Source of the DNA: Clostridia bacterium
Lineage (GTDB): Bacteria; Bacillota; Clostridia; UBA1212
Assembly: GCA_045544575.1 (NCBI GenBank)
Contig: JAZPZG010000028.1
Coordinates: 20,565-84,564, forward strand
Direction of reading: 5' to 3'
Length of the DNA stretch: 64,000 nucleotides
A model generated the notes under the pieces. The model made no database searches and was not told the origin of the DNA. It saw nothing but the letters and a program-made list of their open reading frames with translations. The position numbers and the translations under genes are program-made. Below, in pieces: positions 1 to 8,880 of the stretch (position 1 is the first letter of the stretch; each line of letters opens with the position of its first letter).

Positions 1-459
1 AACCTTAATGACCTGTATGTCCAAAACAGAACAAATGCATTCGGAAGCGAGACTAAACGCAGAATTCTTTTCGGAACCTTCGTTCTAGCCGCAGGGCAAT
101 ATGAGCAGTATTATCAGAAGGCAATTAAAGTAAAAAATATGATTAAGCATGAGTTTGAGAACTGTTTTAAAGAATGCGATGTGCTTATCACCCCCGTAAC
201 GCCTTCCACGGCACCTTTTATCGGAGAAACAGTCAACGACCCGCTCAAAGTGCATCATTCCGATATGTATACCACCCCTGCAAATCTCGCAGGACTTCCC
301 GCTATTAGTGTTCCATGCGGTTTTGACAAAGACGGTATTCCGATAGGTATGCAAATACTAGGTCCTGCATTCAGCGATTTTACGATTCTAAACGTTGCTC
401 ATTCGTTTCAAAAGATAACTGACTTCCACAAAAAATCACCCGGAGGTAACAACATATGA
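1..459 (+). CDS. gatA: Glu/Asp-tRNA amidotransferase subunit A, C-terminal fragment (gene starts left of the window)
   Basis: Frame 1 is open from base 1. The translation carries the amidase-family C-terminus (ANLAGLPAISVPCGFDKDGIPIGMQILG). Its TGA overlaps the gatB ATG (ATGA at 456-459). Confidence 0.9.
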   Translation, partial: NLNDLYVQNRTNAFGSETKRRILFGTFVLAAGQYEQYYQKAIKVKNMIKHEFENCFKECDVLITPVTPSTAPFIGETVNDPLKVHHSDMYTTPANLAGLPAISVPCGFDKDGIPIGMQILGPAFSDFTILNVAHSFQKITDFHKKSPGGNNI

Positions 460-1895
460 AATGGGAAACCGTAATTGGGCTTGAAGTTCACGCAGAGCTT
501 GCCACGCAAAGTAAAATGTTCTGTTCCTGCAGTACAAAGTTCGGCAGCAAGCCAAACTCTCAGTGTTGTCCTGTTTGCATGGGATTCCCCGGAAGCCTTC
601 CGACCCTAAACAAAAAATCAGTAGAACTTGCATTAAAAACAGGAATCGCTCTCAACTGTGAAATAAACAGATGCAATCAATTCGACAGAAAAAACTATTT
701 TTATCCCGATCTGCCCAAAGCATATCAAATTTCACAACTACATCTTCCACTGTGTCGCAACGGCACGTTACCAATAACAACAGGGGAATGTCAAAAAACA
801 ATTCACATTACTCAGCTTCACATGGAAGAGGATGCAGGCAAGCTTGTTCACAATGAAGAAAACAGCACAACAAGTATAGATTATAACCGTTGCGGTGTTC
901 CTCTCATCGAAATTGTAACTGCTCCGGATTTTCAAAACGCAGATGAAGTATTATCTTTTTTAGAGCAACTCAAAAGAATATTACTATATATCGAAGTCTG
1001 TGATTGCAAAATGCAAGAGGGCTCACTTCGCGCCGACATAAACTTGTCTGTACGACCGGAAGGAAGCAAAACACTCGGAATTCGTACTGAGATGAAAAAT
1101 CTTAATTCCTTCAGGGCAATATCCCGTGCAATAAAATATGAATCCGAACGACAAATCTCTGTTTTAGAAAACGGCGGCAAAATTTTGCAAGAAACCAGAA
1201 GATGGGACGACGACAAAGGGATAAGCTTAGCAATGCGAAATAAAGAAAACTTACAGGACTATCGTTACTTTCCCGAACCCGATCTCCCCCCTATAGAAAT
1301 CAGCGACACAATAATAGACTCACTGAAAAAGGATTTTCCCGAGCTTCCTTTGGCAAAGAAACAACGTTATTGCCAATCATTTGGTTTGTCTGATTATGAA
1401 GCAGATACACTTACTGCACAAAAACCCCTCGCTGTCTTCTTCGAAAAAACAGTATCTCTTACTGCGAGTCCGAAAGAAACGTCAAACTGGATATTAGGCG
1501 ATCTTATGAGTTTTTTGAACGATACAAACACCTCCGTTTCTGCTATTCCCGTAAAACCGGAAGATTTGGCCATCATTATCCAAAAGACAACCACCGGCAA
1601 GATAAATCGAATACAAGGCAAAGAAATACTTGCAAAGCTATTTACAGAACCGATTAACATCGAACAATACATCAAAGAAAACGACATAAAGCAAATAACT
1701 GACGACGATATCGTACGTAAAACCGTCAAGCAAGTATTAACTGACAACAACAAAACTGTAGAAGAATATCTTTCCGGCAAAACAAAAGTCTTTGGATTCT
1801 TTGTCGGAAACACAATGCGAGCACTTAAAGGACAAGCAGATCCTTCACTTGTTAATAATATTATTCAAGAAGAACTTGACAAACTTAAAAATTAA
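456..1895 (+). CDS. gatB: Asp/Glu-tRNA amidotransferase subunit B
   Basis: 479 aa. The N-terminus WETVIGLEVHAEL...CPVCMGFPGSLP and the FYPDLPKAYQISQ motif are typical GatB. Translationally coupled to gatA. Confidence 0.95.
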   Translation: MKWETVIGLEVHAELATQSKMFCSCSTKFGSKPNSQCCPVCMGFPGSLPTLNKKSVELALKTGIALNCEINRCNQFDRKNYFYPDLPKAYQISQLHLPLCRNGTLPITTGECQKTIHITQLHMEEDAGKLVHNEENSTTSIDYNRCGVPLIEIVTAPDFQNADEVLSFLEQLKRILLYIEVCDCKMQEGSLRADINLSVRPEGSKTLGIRTEMKNLNSFRAISRAIKYESERQISVLENGGKILQETRRWDDDKGISLAMRNKENLQDYRYFPEPDLPPIEISDTIIDSLKKDFPELPLAKKQRYCQSFGLSDYEADTLTAQKPLAVFFEKTVSLTASPKETSNWILGDLMSFLNDTNTSVSAIPVKPEDLAIIIQKTTTGKINRIQGKEILAKLFTEPINIEQYIKENDIKQITDDDIVRKTVKQVLTDNNKTVEEYLSGKTKVFGFFVGNTMRALKGQADPSLVNNIIQEELDKLKN

Positions 1896-1973
1896 AAATA
1901 CTATTAATTGTGGTAGTACTTAACTGCTGGCAATTTACATAAAGATTATTAAGACCAAAGGGAGCGCATTATC

Positions 1974-3437
1974 TTGATTGGTATAGAAGATATTAATATA
2001 AGTGAATTAACTTTGCAACCGGGTAGCCATTTACACTTTATCGGCATAGGCGGTTCAAGCATGAGCGGCATTGCAGAGCTTGCACTGCACCGTGGCTATA
2101 CCGTAAGCGGTTCTGACCGTGCGTATTCAGAAGCTACATTGCGCCTCAAGGACATGGGTGCAGAAATATATATCGGCCATAGTGCTGATAACATTCCTGC
2201 AAACTGTTCATTGGTAATATACACATTAGCCATTAGCAATGACAACCCCGAGTATCAAAAAGCGCACGAATTAGGAATTCCCACAATAGAACGCGGAGCT
2301 TTTTTGGGAACTATCGCAGAAGAATACTCCCGAGTTGCAGCAATTGCGGGAACTCACGGCAAAACCAGTACCACGTCAATGCTTGCCTCCATACTTATTA
2401 ACGCGAAAAAGGACCCCAACGTTCACCTAGGTGGCATTTCTTCTTCATTCAACAGCAATGTTCGCACAGGCAATAGTAATATTTTTGTAACCGAAGCCTG
2501 CGAATATCACGAAAACTTTTTGCACATACACCCCCAGATAGGCATAATTTTAAACGTTGAAGCAGAACACCTTGACTATTTCGGAGACGAAAAAAACGTG
2601 GAGCTGTCCTTTAACAAGTTCATTAGTGGAATCAAACCTGACGGAGTGTTAGTTGTGTGTGCAGACAGTAAACTCGCTCTTAAATGTGCAGAAACAGCAA
2701 ACTGTTCGGTAATCACATACAGCATCAACACAGCTCACCCCCCAAAAAACTTTACCAATGCCAAAAATCAGGCTCCTGTGCATCACATTTTTGCTGCAAA
2801 CATTTCAATGCCGGAAAATGCCACATTCTCCATTTCAGCAGGGTATTCCTATGACCTATATGTAGATAGTAGCTTTGTTACCAACATAACGTTAAATGTT
2901 CCCGGAAAACATAATGTATCAAACTCTTTAGCGGCAATTGCAACTGCGATGAACTTTGATTGTAGTGCGGAGAGTTTACAGGAAGGACTTTCAACTTTTC
3001 GCGGTGCAGGGCGTCGCTTTGATGTTGCAGGAACTTACAATGGTGCTTTTATCATTAATGACTATGCACACCATCCCACCGAAATAGAGGCTACCATAGA
3101 GGCTGCAAAAGCAAACTGCCGAAACAGAGTATGGAGTGTTTTTCAGCCACATACTTATTCAAGAGCGCTTCAATTCAAACACGAGTTTTGCAACGCACTT
3201 AAACACAGCGATTACGTCATTGTCACTGATATTTATGCAGCAAGAGAACCGGTGAATCCTCAAATAAACTCTGAAATGCTTAATAAGCTTTTCACTGACA
3301 ACGGAATAAAATCTGTTTATATACCGGACTTCGAACAAATATCATCATTCCTAAAAACACAATTACAAGAAGGCGATGCAGTTCTCCTGTTAGGCGCAGG
3401 AACAATTAATAAACTGTCCGACTTGATTTTAAAGTAA
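1974..3437 (+). CDS. murC: UDP-N-acetylmuramate--L-alanine ligase
   Basis: 487 aa. Rossmann motif GIGGSSMSGIAELALHRGYTVSGSD and Mur-ligase P-loop GTHGKTSTTSM. TTG start preceded by AAGGGAG. Confidence 0.9.
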   Translation: MIGIEDINISELTLQPGSHLHFIGIGGSSMSGIAELALHRGYTVSGSDRAYSEATLRLKDMGAEIYIGHSADNIPANCSLVIYTLAISNDNPEYQKAHELGIPTIERGAFLGTIAEEYSRVAAIAGTHGKTSTTSMLASILINAKKDPNVHLGGISSSFNSNVRTGNSNIFVTEACEYHENFLHIHPQIGIILNVEAEHLDYFGDEKNVELSFNKFISGIKPDGVLVVCADSKLALKCAETANCSVITYSINTAHPPKNFTNAKNQAPVHHIFAANISMPENATFSISAGYSYDLYVDSSFVTNITLNVPGKHNVSNSLAAIATAMNFDCSAESLQEGLSTFRGAGRRFDVAGTYNGAFIINDYAHHPTEIEATIEAAKANCRNRVWSVFQPHTYSRALQFKHEFCNALKHSDYVIVTDIYAAREPVNPQINSEMLNKLFTDNGIKSVYIPDFEQISSFLKTQLQEGDAVLLLGAGTINKLSDLILK

Positions 3438-3441
3438 GTTT

Positions 3442-3497
3442 AAAAGAGCAAGAAATCCACTAACTATCTGTTAGAATAGGTTTCTTGCTCTTTTTTT
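3442..3497. terminator. Bidirectional intrinsic terminator between convergent murC and mreB-like genes
   Basis: AAAAGAGCAAGAAA (3442-3455) pairs with TTTCTTGCTCTTTT (3481-3494). An A-run flanks the left side and a T-run the right. Confidence 0.6.
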
Positions 3498-3530
3498 GCT
3501 AAGAATATTACTACAACTCAAACAACGAAA

Positions 3531-4556
3531 TCACTGAGACATAATTTCATTTTTTCTCTCATTTGACATACTTGTGAAAATTTTCATAGCACCCGCTGTA
3601 ATACATTCTTGAGGGTGATCAGCCAACATAACATTAATCCCTGTAGCCTTATTTATCAAAGTGTCTAAACCGGCTAGAAGCGATCCTCCTCCAACAAGCA
3701 AGATTCCGCCTTCGAAAATATCAGAAGCAAGCTCGGGGGGTGTCTTCTCCAAAACAGACCTTATCCCTTCCAAGATGGGCAAAGCCGCTTCACTAATAGG
3801 CTTAATTAACTCTTCAGGACGTACAGTTCGCTCTACAGGCATTCTGCTTTGTAAATCTGTGGCAGAAATCTCAAAAGGCAACACCCTTTCGTCCCTGTAT
3901 GCACAAGCATTGTTTATTTTTATTTTTTCAGCAGTCGCATCACCGATAACCATTTTATATTCACGTTTAAAGTAATTTTTAATAGCCTCGTCAAAATTGT
4001 TTCCGCCAACGTTAACACTGCAACTGGCAACTATTCCATCAAAAGAAATCACCGCTATATCAGTAATTCCGCCTCCGATATCTACTACCATTTTCCCTCC
4101 GGGAGAAGAGACGTCAAGACCTGCGCCAACGGCTGCCGCCAACGGAGAATCAACGAAAAATATTCTTCCTGCTCCGGCTTCTTTTAAAGCTCTCTCAACG
4201 GCACGTTTTTCTACACTCGTAATTTCACAAGGAATAGTGGCAATAACATCAGGGCGAAAGATTCTTTTAACAGGATTTGGAATAGCACGGTCAATAAAAA
4301 AACCGATCATGTTCATTGTAACGGTGTACTCAGAAATAACACCGTTGCGAATAGGATATATTGTAGAAATTTCGGAGTCAGTCTTGCCAACCATCTCTTT
4401 TGCCGCTCTTCCAATAGCGACAACTTCACCTTTGTTTTCTCTAACCGCAACAACAGATGGTTCTCTAACAACAATCCCCTTTTTTTCAACACCTACATAA
4501 ACATTGGAAGACCCTAAATCTATCGCAATATTTTGTCTAAAATATCCCATTTGCAA
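3531..4556 (-). CDS. mreB: MreB/Mbl-family actin-like protein (orphan paralogue, no mreCD nearby)
   Basis: 341 aa with actin-fold motifs IAIDLGSSNVYV, VVDIGGGITDIAVIS and LLVGGGSLLAGLD. A possible own promoter TTGCTC-18-TAATAT with TG extension lies in the 4557-4621 gap. Confidence 0.85.
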   Translation of the reverse strand: MQMGYFRQNIAIDLGSSNVYVGVEKKGIVVREPSVVAVRENKGEVVAIGRAAKEMVGKTDSEISTIYPIRNGVISEYTVTMNMIGFFIDRAIPNPVKRIFRPDVIATIPCEITSVEKRAVERALKEAGAGRIFFVDSPLAAAVGAGLDVSSPGGKMVVDIGGGITDIAVISFDGIVASCSVNVGGNNFDEAIKNYFKREYKMVIGDATAEKIKINNACAYRDERVLPFEISATDLQSRMPVERTVRPEELIKPISEAALPILEGIRSVLEKTPPELASDIFEGGILLVGGGSLLAGLDTLINKATGINVMLADHPQECITAGAMKIFTSMSNERKNEIMSQ

Positions 4557-4621
4557 TTCCTCCCGAAAAGAACTCTTGTCTGTAGTATATTAACACAAAA
4601 ACATTATTTTGAGCAAGTTTT

Positions 4622-5674
4622 TTATGCATTTTTATATCTAACCAGAACTTCACACTCTTCTGTGATAAGAATTTTAATATCACTATCAAGATTGTATGCG
4701 CACTCTCTGTCTTTAATGCGAATACCGTCAACGCATGTACCGTTCAGCGACATATCTTTAACTGTCATTTTTTTATTATGGTCAATGTGTAATTCAGCAT
4801 GTTTTCTGCTGGCTGTAATATCATTTACTATTATGTCAGACCACTTCCCATCTCGCCCTATTTTTATAACGCTGCTTTTCCCGTTAATAATCTCTTTTTT
4901 TACATACGTCCCCTTTAGATTTATTCCACCTAAAACCTCAACATAATGTTTTTGTGGTTTTGCTGTATCTTTTTTGAAAATTGCTTTTTGAAGAACTTTA
5001 TTCTTCCTTTGTGGCCGAAGACTTTTCTTCGTTTTTTGTCCTTTATCATCAAATAACAATTTTAGTATTTTGCTTTTTGTGAGGCCTTTTTTGTTAAAAA
5101 TATACGGAGCTATAACTTCTTCAATTTCTTTAAAAATACCACCCAAAGATTCTATGTTATAAGATGTCTCTATATTCCCAATCAAGGCGTTAATTTTTTG
5201 ATAGTCTTCCTCCGAGAGTTTGTCATACATATGAAGAAATACTATTTTTATTAATTCTTTAAAATCTGTTAACTGTCCGACATATTCTGCACCCGGCATG
5301 TAAATAAACTTTATTTCCGAAAAAGCAGAGTTTATAAAAACAGCGCTATAATCGAAAATTATGTTTTGCGGTAATATTTTATGTTTTTCACAGGACTCCA
5401 GCAGACAATTTAAACTTTTGATAACCAAATGCATCAAGGATATATCTACATAGCCGTTACCGCACAGACAATCCTTAATACTCTTTCTGCTTTTTACGGT
5501 ACAGTAATATCCATCGGGGCAAGCACATGCCAAAGTACTTTCAATAAAGCTCTGTTCAAAAAATTCTCTGTGTTTATGCAAAGACTCTTTATAAAAGCGA
5601 AACCCATCAGGAAGTATTAACCGTACAACGTAACTGTCTCTGTCACAACTGATTTGAATATCATTTTTTAACAT
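4622..5674 (-). CDS. FHA-domain protein with an uncharacterised N-terminal domain (DUF6382-like by recollection; kinase-like remnants)
   Basis: 350 aa. The C-terminal ~75 aa has the FHA signature IKIGRDGKWSDIIVNDITASRKHAELH...SLNGTCVDG. It is the last gene of the Tad-like operon, 22 nt after the flp-like gene. Confidence 0.8.
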   Translation of the reverse strand: MLKNDIQISCDRDSYVVRLILPDGFRFYKESLHKHREFFEQSFIESTLACACPDGYYCTVKSRKSIKDCLCGNGYVDISLMHLVIKSLNCLLESCEKHKILPQNIIFDYSAVFINSAFSEIKFIYMPGAEYVGQLTDFKELIKIVFLHMYDKLSEEDYQKINALIGNIETSYNIESLGGIFKEIEEVIAPYIFNKKGLTKSKILKLLFDDKGQKTKKSLRPQRKNKVLQKAIFKKDTAKPQKHYVEVLGGINLKGTYVKKEIINGKSSVIKIGRDGKWSDIIVNDITASRKHAELHIDHNKKMTVKDMSLNGTCVDGIRIKDRECAYNLDSDIKILITEECEVLVRYKNA

Positions 5675-5696
5675 ACGGTTTCTCTCTTATTTTCTT

Positions 5697-5951
5697 CTAC
5701 CTATGCCAATTAGTAAAGGCATCATTCGTTTTTTCTCTGATACTTGTAAAAATTCCTTCAGCATACTCATTCACAAAACCTTTAAAAAGCAGGGCCAGTG
5801 CAACCAGTATAGCTACAATAAGAACAACTTCAATTGTTCCCATAGCTTTTGTATTCGTCTCTATGCTTCTAATTATATTATATGCATAAGCACCTCCTTT
5901 GCTCATTTTACATGTAAAATTCTTTTTAAACCTCGCCAAAAGAATTACCAT
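5697..5951 (-). CDS. Flp1-like type IVb/c prepilin candidate
   Basis: 84 aa. It has a hydrophobic segment after a Gly (..KAMG/TIEVVLIVAILVALALLF) followed by a short tail, the pattern of Flp1-like pilins. RBS GAGGGGG sits 7 nt upstream of the ATG at 5951. The leader is unusually long (~39 aa). Confidence 0.55.
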   Translation of the reverse strand: MVILLARFKKNFTCKMSKGGAYAYNIIRSIETNTKAMGTIEVVLIVAILVALALLFKGFVNEYAEGIFTSIREKTNDAFTNWHR

Positions 5952-5983
5952 AATTATACCCCCTCAAAAATTCATACTAATGA

Positions 5984-6685
5984 TTATAAAAATTGTATTA
6001 CCGCCGGTGCGGCAACCAAAATAAGAATTGATGCCAAAATTAATGCCGACGGAATTAACATTAAAGTCGAAGCCTCATCCGAAAGCTGTTTAGCCAGCAT
6101 ACGTCTTTCATTTCTGGAGTTCACGGCCTGTATTCTTAACAGTTCTGCAAGTTCTGAAGTTCCCTTGCGTGAATTTTGTACAATCAATGATACAAAAGTA
6201 CTTACGGTAGCATCATCGCAACGTAGCGCCATCTCTTCAAAAGCAGACTCCGGGTCAAAATAGTACCCGTCTTGACTGTAAAAAGCATTTACGGTTTTTT
6301 TGAGTTCTGCTTCAAAAGCTCCTCCGGAAACACTGTTTTCCGACACAATTACAATAGAATTCCAAAGAGTAACTCCTGCATCCAATAAAACAGCAAGTCT
6401 ATCCAGAAGTTCTGACAACTCGAGCCTCATTTGCAAGCACCGATGCTTTGCTTTCTTCATTATGTTTCCGTCATACAGAATATAAAACCCTGCTGCCAAC
6501 CCCAAAAAAGCAAATACACACAAAATAATAGTTTTTCCTGACAAAAACATCGCAATTGATATTACAGCCGTAAATAAAGGAGCAGCAAAAAATAACGCTT
6601 TTCTCTGTTTTTGCATAAGAATTGCTTTTTCGTGACCGTAAATAAAAATCATTTTTTTAAAAATGAGTCTGTTATACTGCGACAT
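5984..6685 (-). CDS. tadC: Type II secretion system F-family platform protein (TadC-like)
   Basis: 233 aa. N-terminal TM helices, a cytoplasmic helical T2SSF-like core (LLDRLAVLLDAGVTLWNSI...) and a C-terminal TM helix. Sits in the operon after the tadB-like gene. Confidence 0.7.
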   Translation of the reverse strand: MSQYNRLIFKKMIFIYGHEKAILMQKQRKALFFAAPLFTAVISIAMFLSGKTIILCVFAFLGLAAGFYILYDGNIMKKAKHRCLQMRLELSELLDRLAVLLDAGVTLWNSIVIVSENSVSGGAFEAELKKTVNAFYSQDGYYFDPESAFEEMALRCDDATVSTFVSLIVQNSRKGTSELAELLRIQAVNSRNERRMLAKQLSDEASTLMLIPSALILASILILVAAPAVIQFL

Positions 6686-6697
6686 AATAAGTCCTCC

Positions 6698-7462
6698 TTA
6701 TATTTTCACATCACAAATTCGATTTCCCAAAACCCAGGCAAACAAAAGAATCACAGCACAACCGGAAACAACCGCTCCGCCTATATTGCTTTCGTAAAGA
6801 ATATCAAGGTATTCTTTAGAAATCGACCTCAGAAGCAAGATCAAAGCAAACGGCATTATTATCATTATTCTGTGGTTATACTTTGGAAGAGACAAGGTCT
6901 GTTCTATTTCACGGTCGGCTTCGCTCTTTATTCGCATATTAGCTAAGGCATTTCGTATAATGCACGTAACGTTTCCCCCCTTTGTTCCCGCTATAGTAAG
7001 TGCTTTGGATAAATTTACAATATCTCCTATCCCCGTCCGTTCTGCAAAGTCGTCCAATAACTCATAAAATGAATAATTAATATTCATGCCATAGACGATA
7101 GTTTGAATTTCTTTTTTTATAAGTGTAAGATCCCTTCTGCTTTGAAGAGGTCCGTTACAAAGTTCAGAGAAAGCACTCTCTATAGATACCCCTGCCGATA
7201 CCGAAGACAATACGATTTGCATAATTTCCATAAACTGCCGTTCAATAGTTTTAATAATCCACTTTCGTCTCCATAGGATAAATTCTTTCAATGCAACACT
7301 TACTCCAAACATACCAAAAACAATGGAGATTGCAACTTTGCGAGAAAAAAAATACCCTGCCGAAACAAATATACAGAAAAAAGCAAGCGCCACCGCCGCC
7401 AATACAAAAACATTGTCAGTGTAATCCTTATATGCCTGATGCATATCTTTTAAATTTTTCAT
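6698..7462 (-). CDS. tadB: Type II secretion system F-family platform protein (TadB-like)
   Basis: 254 aa with T2SSF-like core (MQIVLSSVSAGVSIESAF...ALTIAGTKGGNV) flanked by TM helices. Its 5' end overlaps the cpaF 3' end; the start may be the internal Met at 7444. Confidence 0.7.
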   Translation of the reverse strand: MKNLKDMHQAYKDYTDNVFVLAAVALAFFCIFVSAGYFFSRKVAISIVFGMFGVSVALKEFILWRRKWIIKTIERQFMEIMQIVLSSVSAGVSIESAFSELCNGPLQSRRDLTLIKKEIQTIVYGMNINYSFYELLDDFAERTGIGDIVNLSKALTIAGTKGGNVTCIIRNALANMRIKSEADREIEQTLSLPKYNHRIMIIMPFALILLLRSISKEYLDILYESNIGGAVVSGCAVILLFAWVLGNRICDVKI

Positions 7463-8615
7463 GAAGTCGCCCTCCCTCGGTACATTCAGATACCTTACGC
7501 CCTGAAAGAAACAAAGATTTTAGTTTTACACTCCCGTCAAAATATCCTACGACTTCCGCTATTTCAGCCACATGCCGCTTCATGTCGATATCTCGCTGAA
7601 GATAAACAATCAAATCCAAACCTGAAGCAATTTGCCTTCTAACTGCATCTGCATTTATATGTCCTTCCCAAAGCGACATCGTTTCTATTCGAGTGATGGT
7701 ATCAAAAGCAGAATTTGCGTGCGCTGTAGACATAGATCCATCGTGCCCCGTACACATTGCCTGAAGCATATCCAAAGCACTTTCATCTCGCACTTCACCC
7801 ACGATAATTCTGTCGGGCCTCATTCTTAATGAGGTTTTAATAAGTGTCCTCATATTTATCGCACCTTTTCCCTCGGAATTGTTATTTTTTGTTTCTAGCC
7901 GTACAAGATTTGGTTGAACAAGACGTAATTCCGCAGAATCCTCAATGGTTATGACTCTTTCCTGTTTCGGTATAAATGCCGATAATACATTTAGAAAAGT
8001 GGTTTTTCCGCTTGAAGTGCCTCCTGAAACAAAAATATTTGCACGGGCTTTAATGCACAGCTCCAAAAATGCTGCTTCGTCAACACTTACAGTGCCCATT
8101 TGTATAAAATCATCAATTGTAAAAATTTTTTCACGAAATTTTCTGATCGTAACTATAGGTCCGTTTATAGCGATAGGCTTTAGTACAACATTTACACGCG
8201 AACCGTCTGCCAATCTGGAATCTACAATAGGAGAACTTTCATTTACGCTTCTGTTTACCCAAGAAGCCATAGACTGAACAACATTAAACAATTGATTAGC
8301 ATCGGTATATCTTATATCACAACGAACCATACTGCCTTCTTTTTCTACGTAAATACCGTCTGTGCCGTTAATCATGATTTCGTTTATGTCCGGATCATCC
8401 AATAGTGGCTGTAAAAGACCAAGCTTGCGGTGAGAATTAAATATAATATTCGATATCTCCTTTTTGTCGGTACTGCTTAACTCAGTGCGCTTGCAAAGCT
8501 GTTCTATACACCGGCCTATAATCTCTTTAAACTCGCCGTCACTATAGCGCTTCGCTACATCAACCCGCAATGAAAGCTCCCGTTCTGCGATATCAACAAG
8601 ATATTGACTTACCAT
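7428..8615 (-). CDS. cpaF: CpaF/TadA-family secretion ATPase
   Basis: 395 aa. Walker A GGTSSGKTTFLN, Asp box/Walker B RIIVGEVRD and His box GHDGSMSTAHAN. RBS AAGGAGGTG lies upstream. Confidence 0.9.
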   Translation of the reverse strand: MVSQYLVDIAERELSLRVDVAKRYSDGEFKEIIGRCIEQLCKRTELSSTDKKEISNIIFNSHRKLGLLQPLLDDPDINEIMINGTDGIYVEKEGSMVRCDIRYTDANQLFNVVQSMASWVNRSVNESSPIVDSRLADGSRVNVVLKPIAINGPIVTIRKFREKIFTIDDFIQMGTVSVDEAAFLELCIKARANIFVSGGTSSGKTTFLNVLSAFIPKQERVITIEDSAELRLVQPNLVRLETKNNNSEGKGAINMRTLIKTSLRMRPDRIIVGEVRDESALDMLQAMCTGHDGSMSTAHANSAFDTITRIETMSLWEGHINADAVRRQIASGLDLIVYLQRDIDMKRHVAEIAEVVGYFDGSVKLKSLFLSGRKVSECTEGGRLHEKFKRYASGI

Positions 8616-8673
8616 ACAATCACCTCCTTATAAAGTTTTTAGCTGCGACATCGTCAGGACTTTCGATAACTCA

Positions 8674-8702
8674 ATGCTAACATGCGCACTAATGCTTTTC
8701 AA
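8674..8702 (-). promoter_or_regulatory. Putative sigma-A promoter of the Tad-like operon (TTGAAA-17-TAGCAT)
   Basis: On the minus strand, TTGAAA is at 8702-8697 and TAGCAT at 8679-8674, with a 17-nt spacer. This leaves a ~50-nt leader to the cpaF ATG. Confidence 0.35.
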
Positions 8703-8711
8703 ACATCACGA

Positions 8712-8738
8712 TTCGAGAACTTTCGACCTAATTCGACC
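8712..8738 (-). promoter_or_regulatory. Three 10-bp-phased TCGAA boxes (Spo0A-box-like, consensus TGNCGAA) abutting the Tad promoter
   Basis: The minus strand reads GGTCGAA (8738-8732), GGTCGAA (8728-8722) and TCTCGAA (8718-8712). Further boxes TATCGAA (8668-8662) and TGTCGCA (8650-8644) lie downstream. Confidence 0.4.
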
Positions 8739-8784
8739 CCCTCTTTTACTTAACAAAACTTACCTTTTCATTTCTCAATGTTAA

Positions 8785-8814
8785 TAAAAAAACGGTACAG
8801 AAAAACTGTACCGT
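8785..8814 (-). terminator. Intrinsic terminator downstream of the XRE regulator gene
   Basis: ACGGTACAG (8792-8800) pairs with CTGTACCGT (8806-8814). On the minus strand it is followed by a 7-nt T-run (8791-8785). Confidence 0.6.
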
Positions 8815-8880
8815 AAGATTTGATTTATACGTTGCTGCAAAGAAGTTTATGAATATTACAAATAGAAAAAATTATGTCGA

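Noticed and set aside
3661-4500. Two plus-strand ORFs (104 and 167 aa) rich in Pro/Ser/Thr
   Set aside because: Both are antisense to the well-supported mreB-like gene, have low-complexity translations, and have no start context.
8616-8880. Searched for a c-di-GMP riboswitch (GEMM) in the Tad operon leader
   Set aside because: The leader after the putative promoter is only ~50 nt, and I could not find the conserved GEMM elements (GCAAA/ACGCAAAGC-like). The repeated TCGAA motifs are better explained as DNA operator sites.
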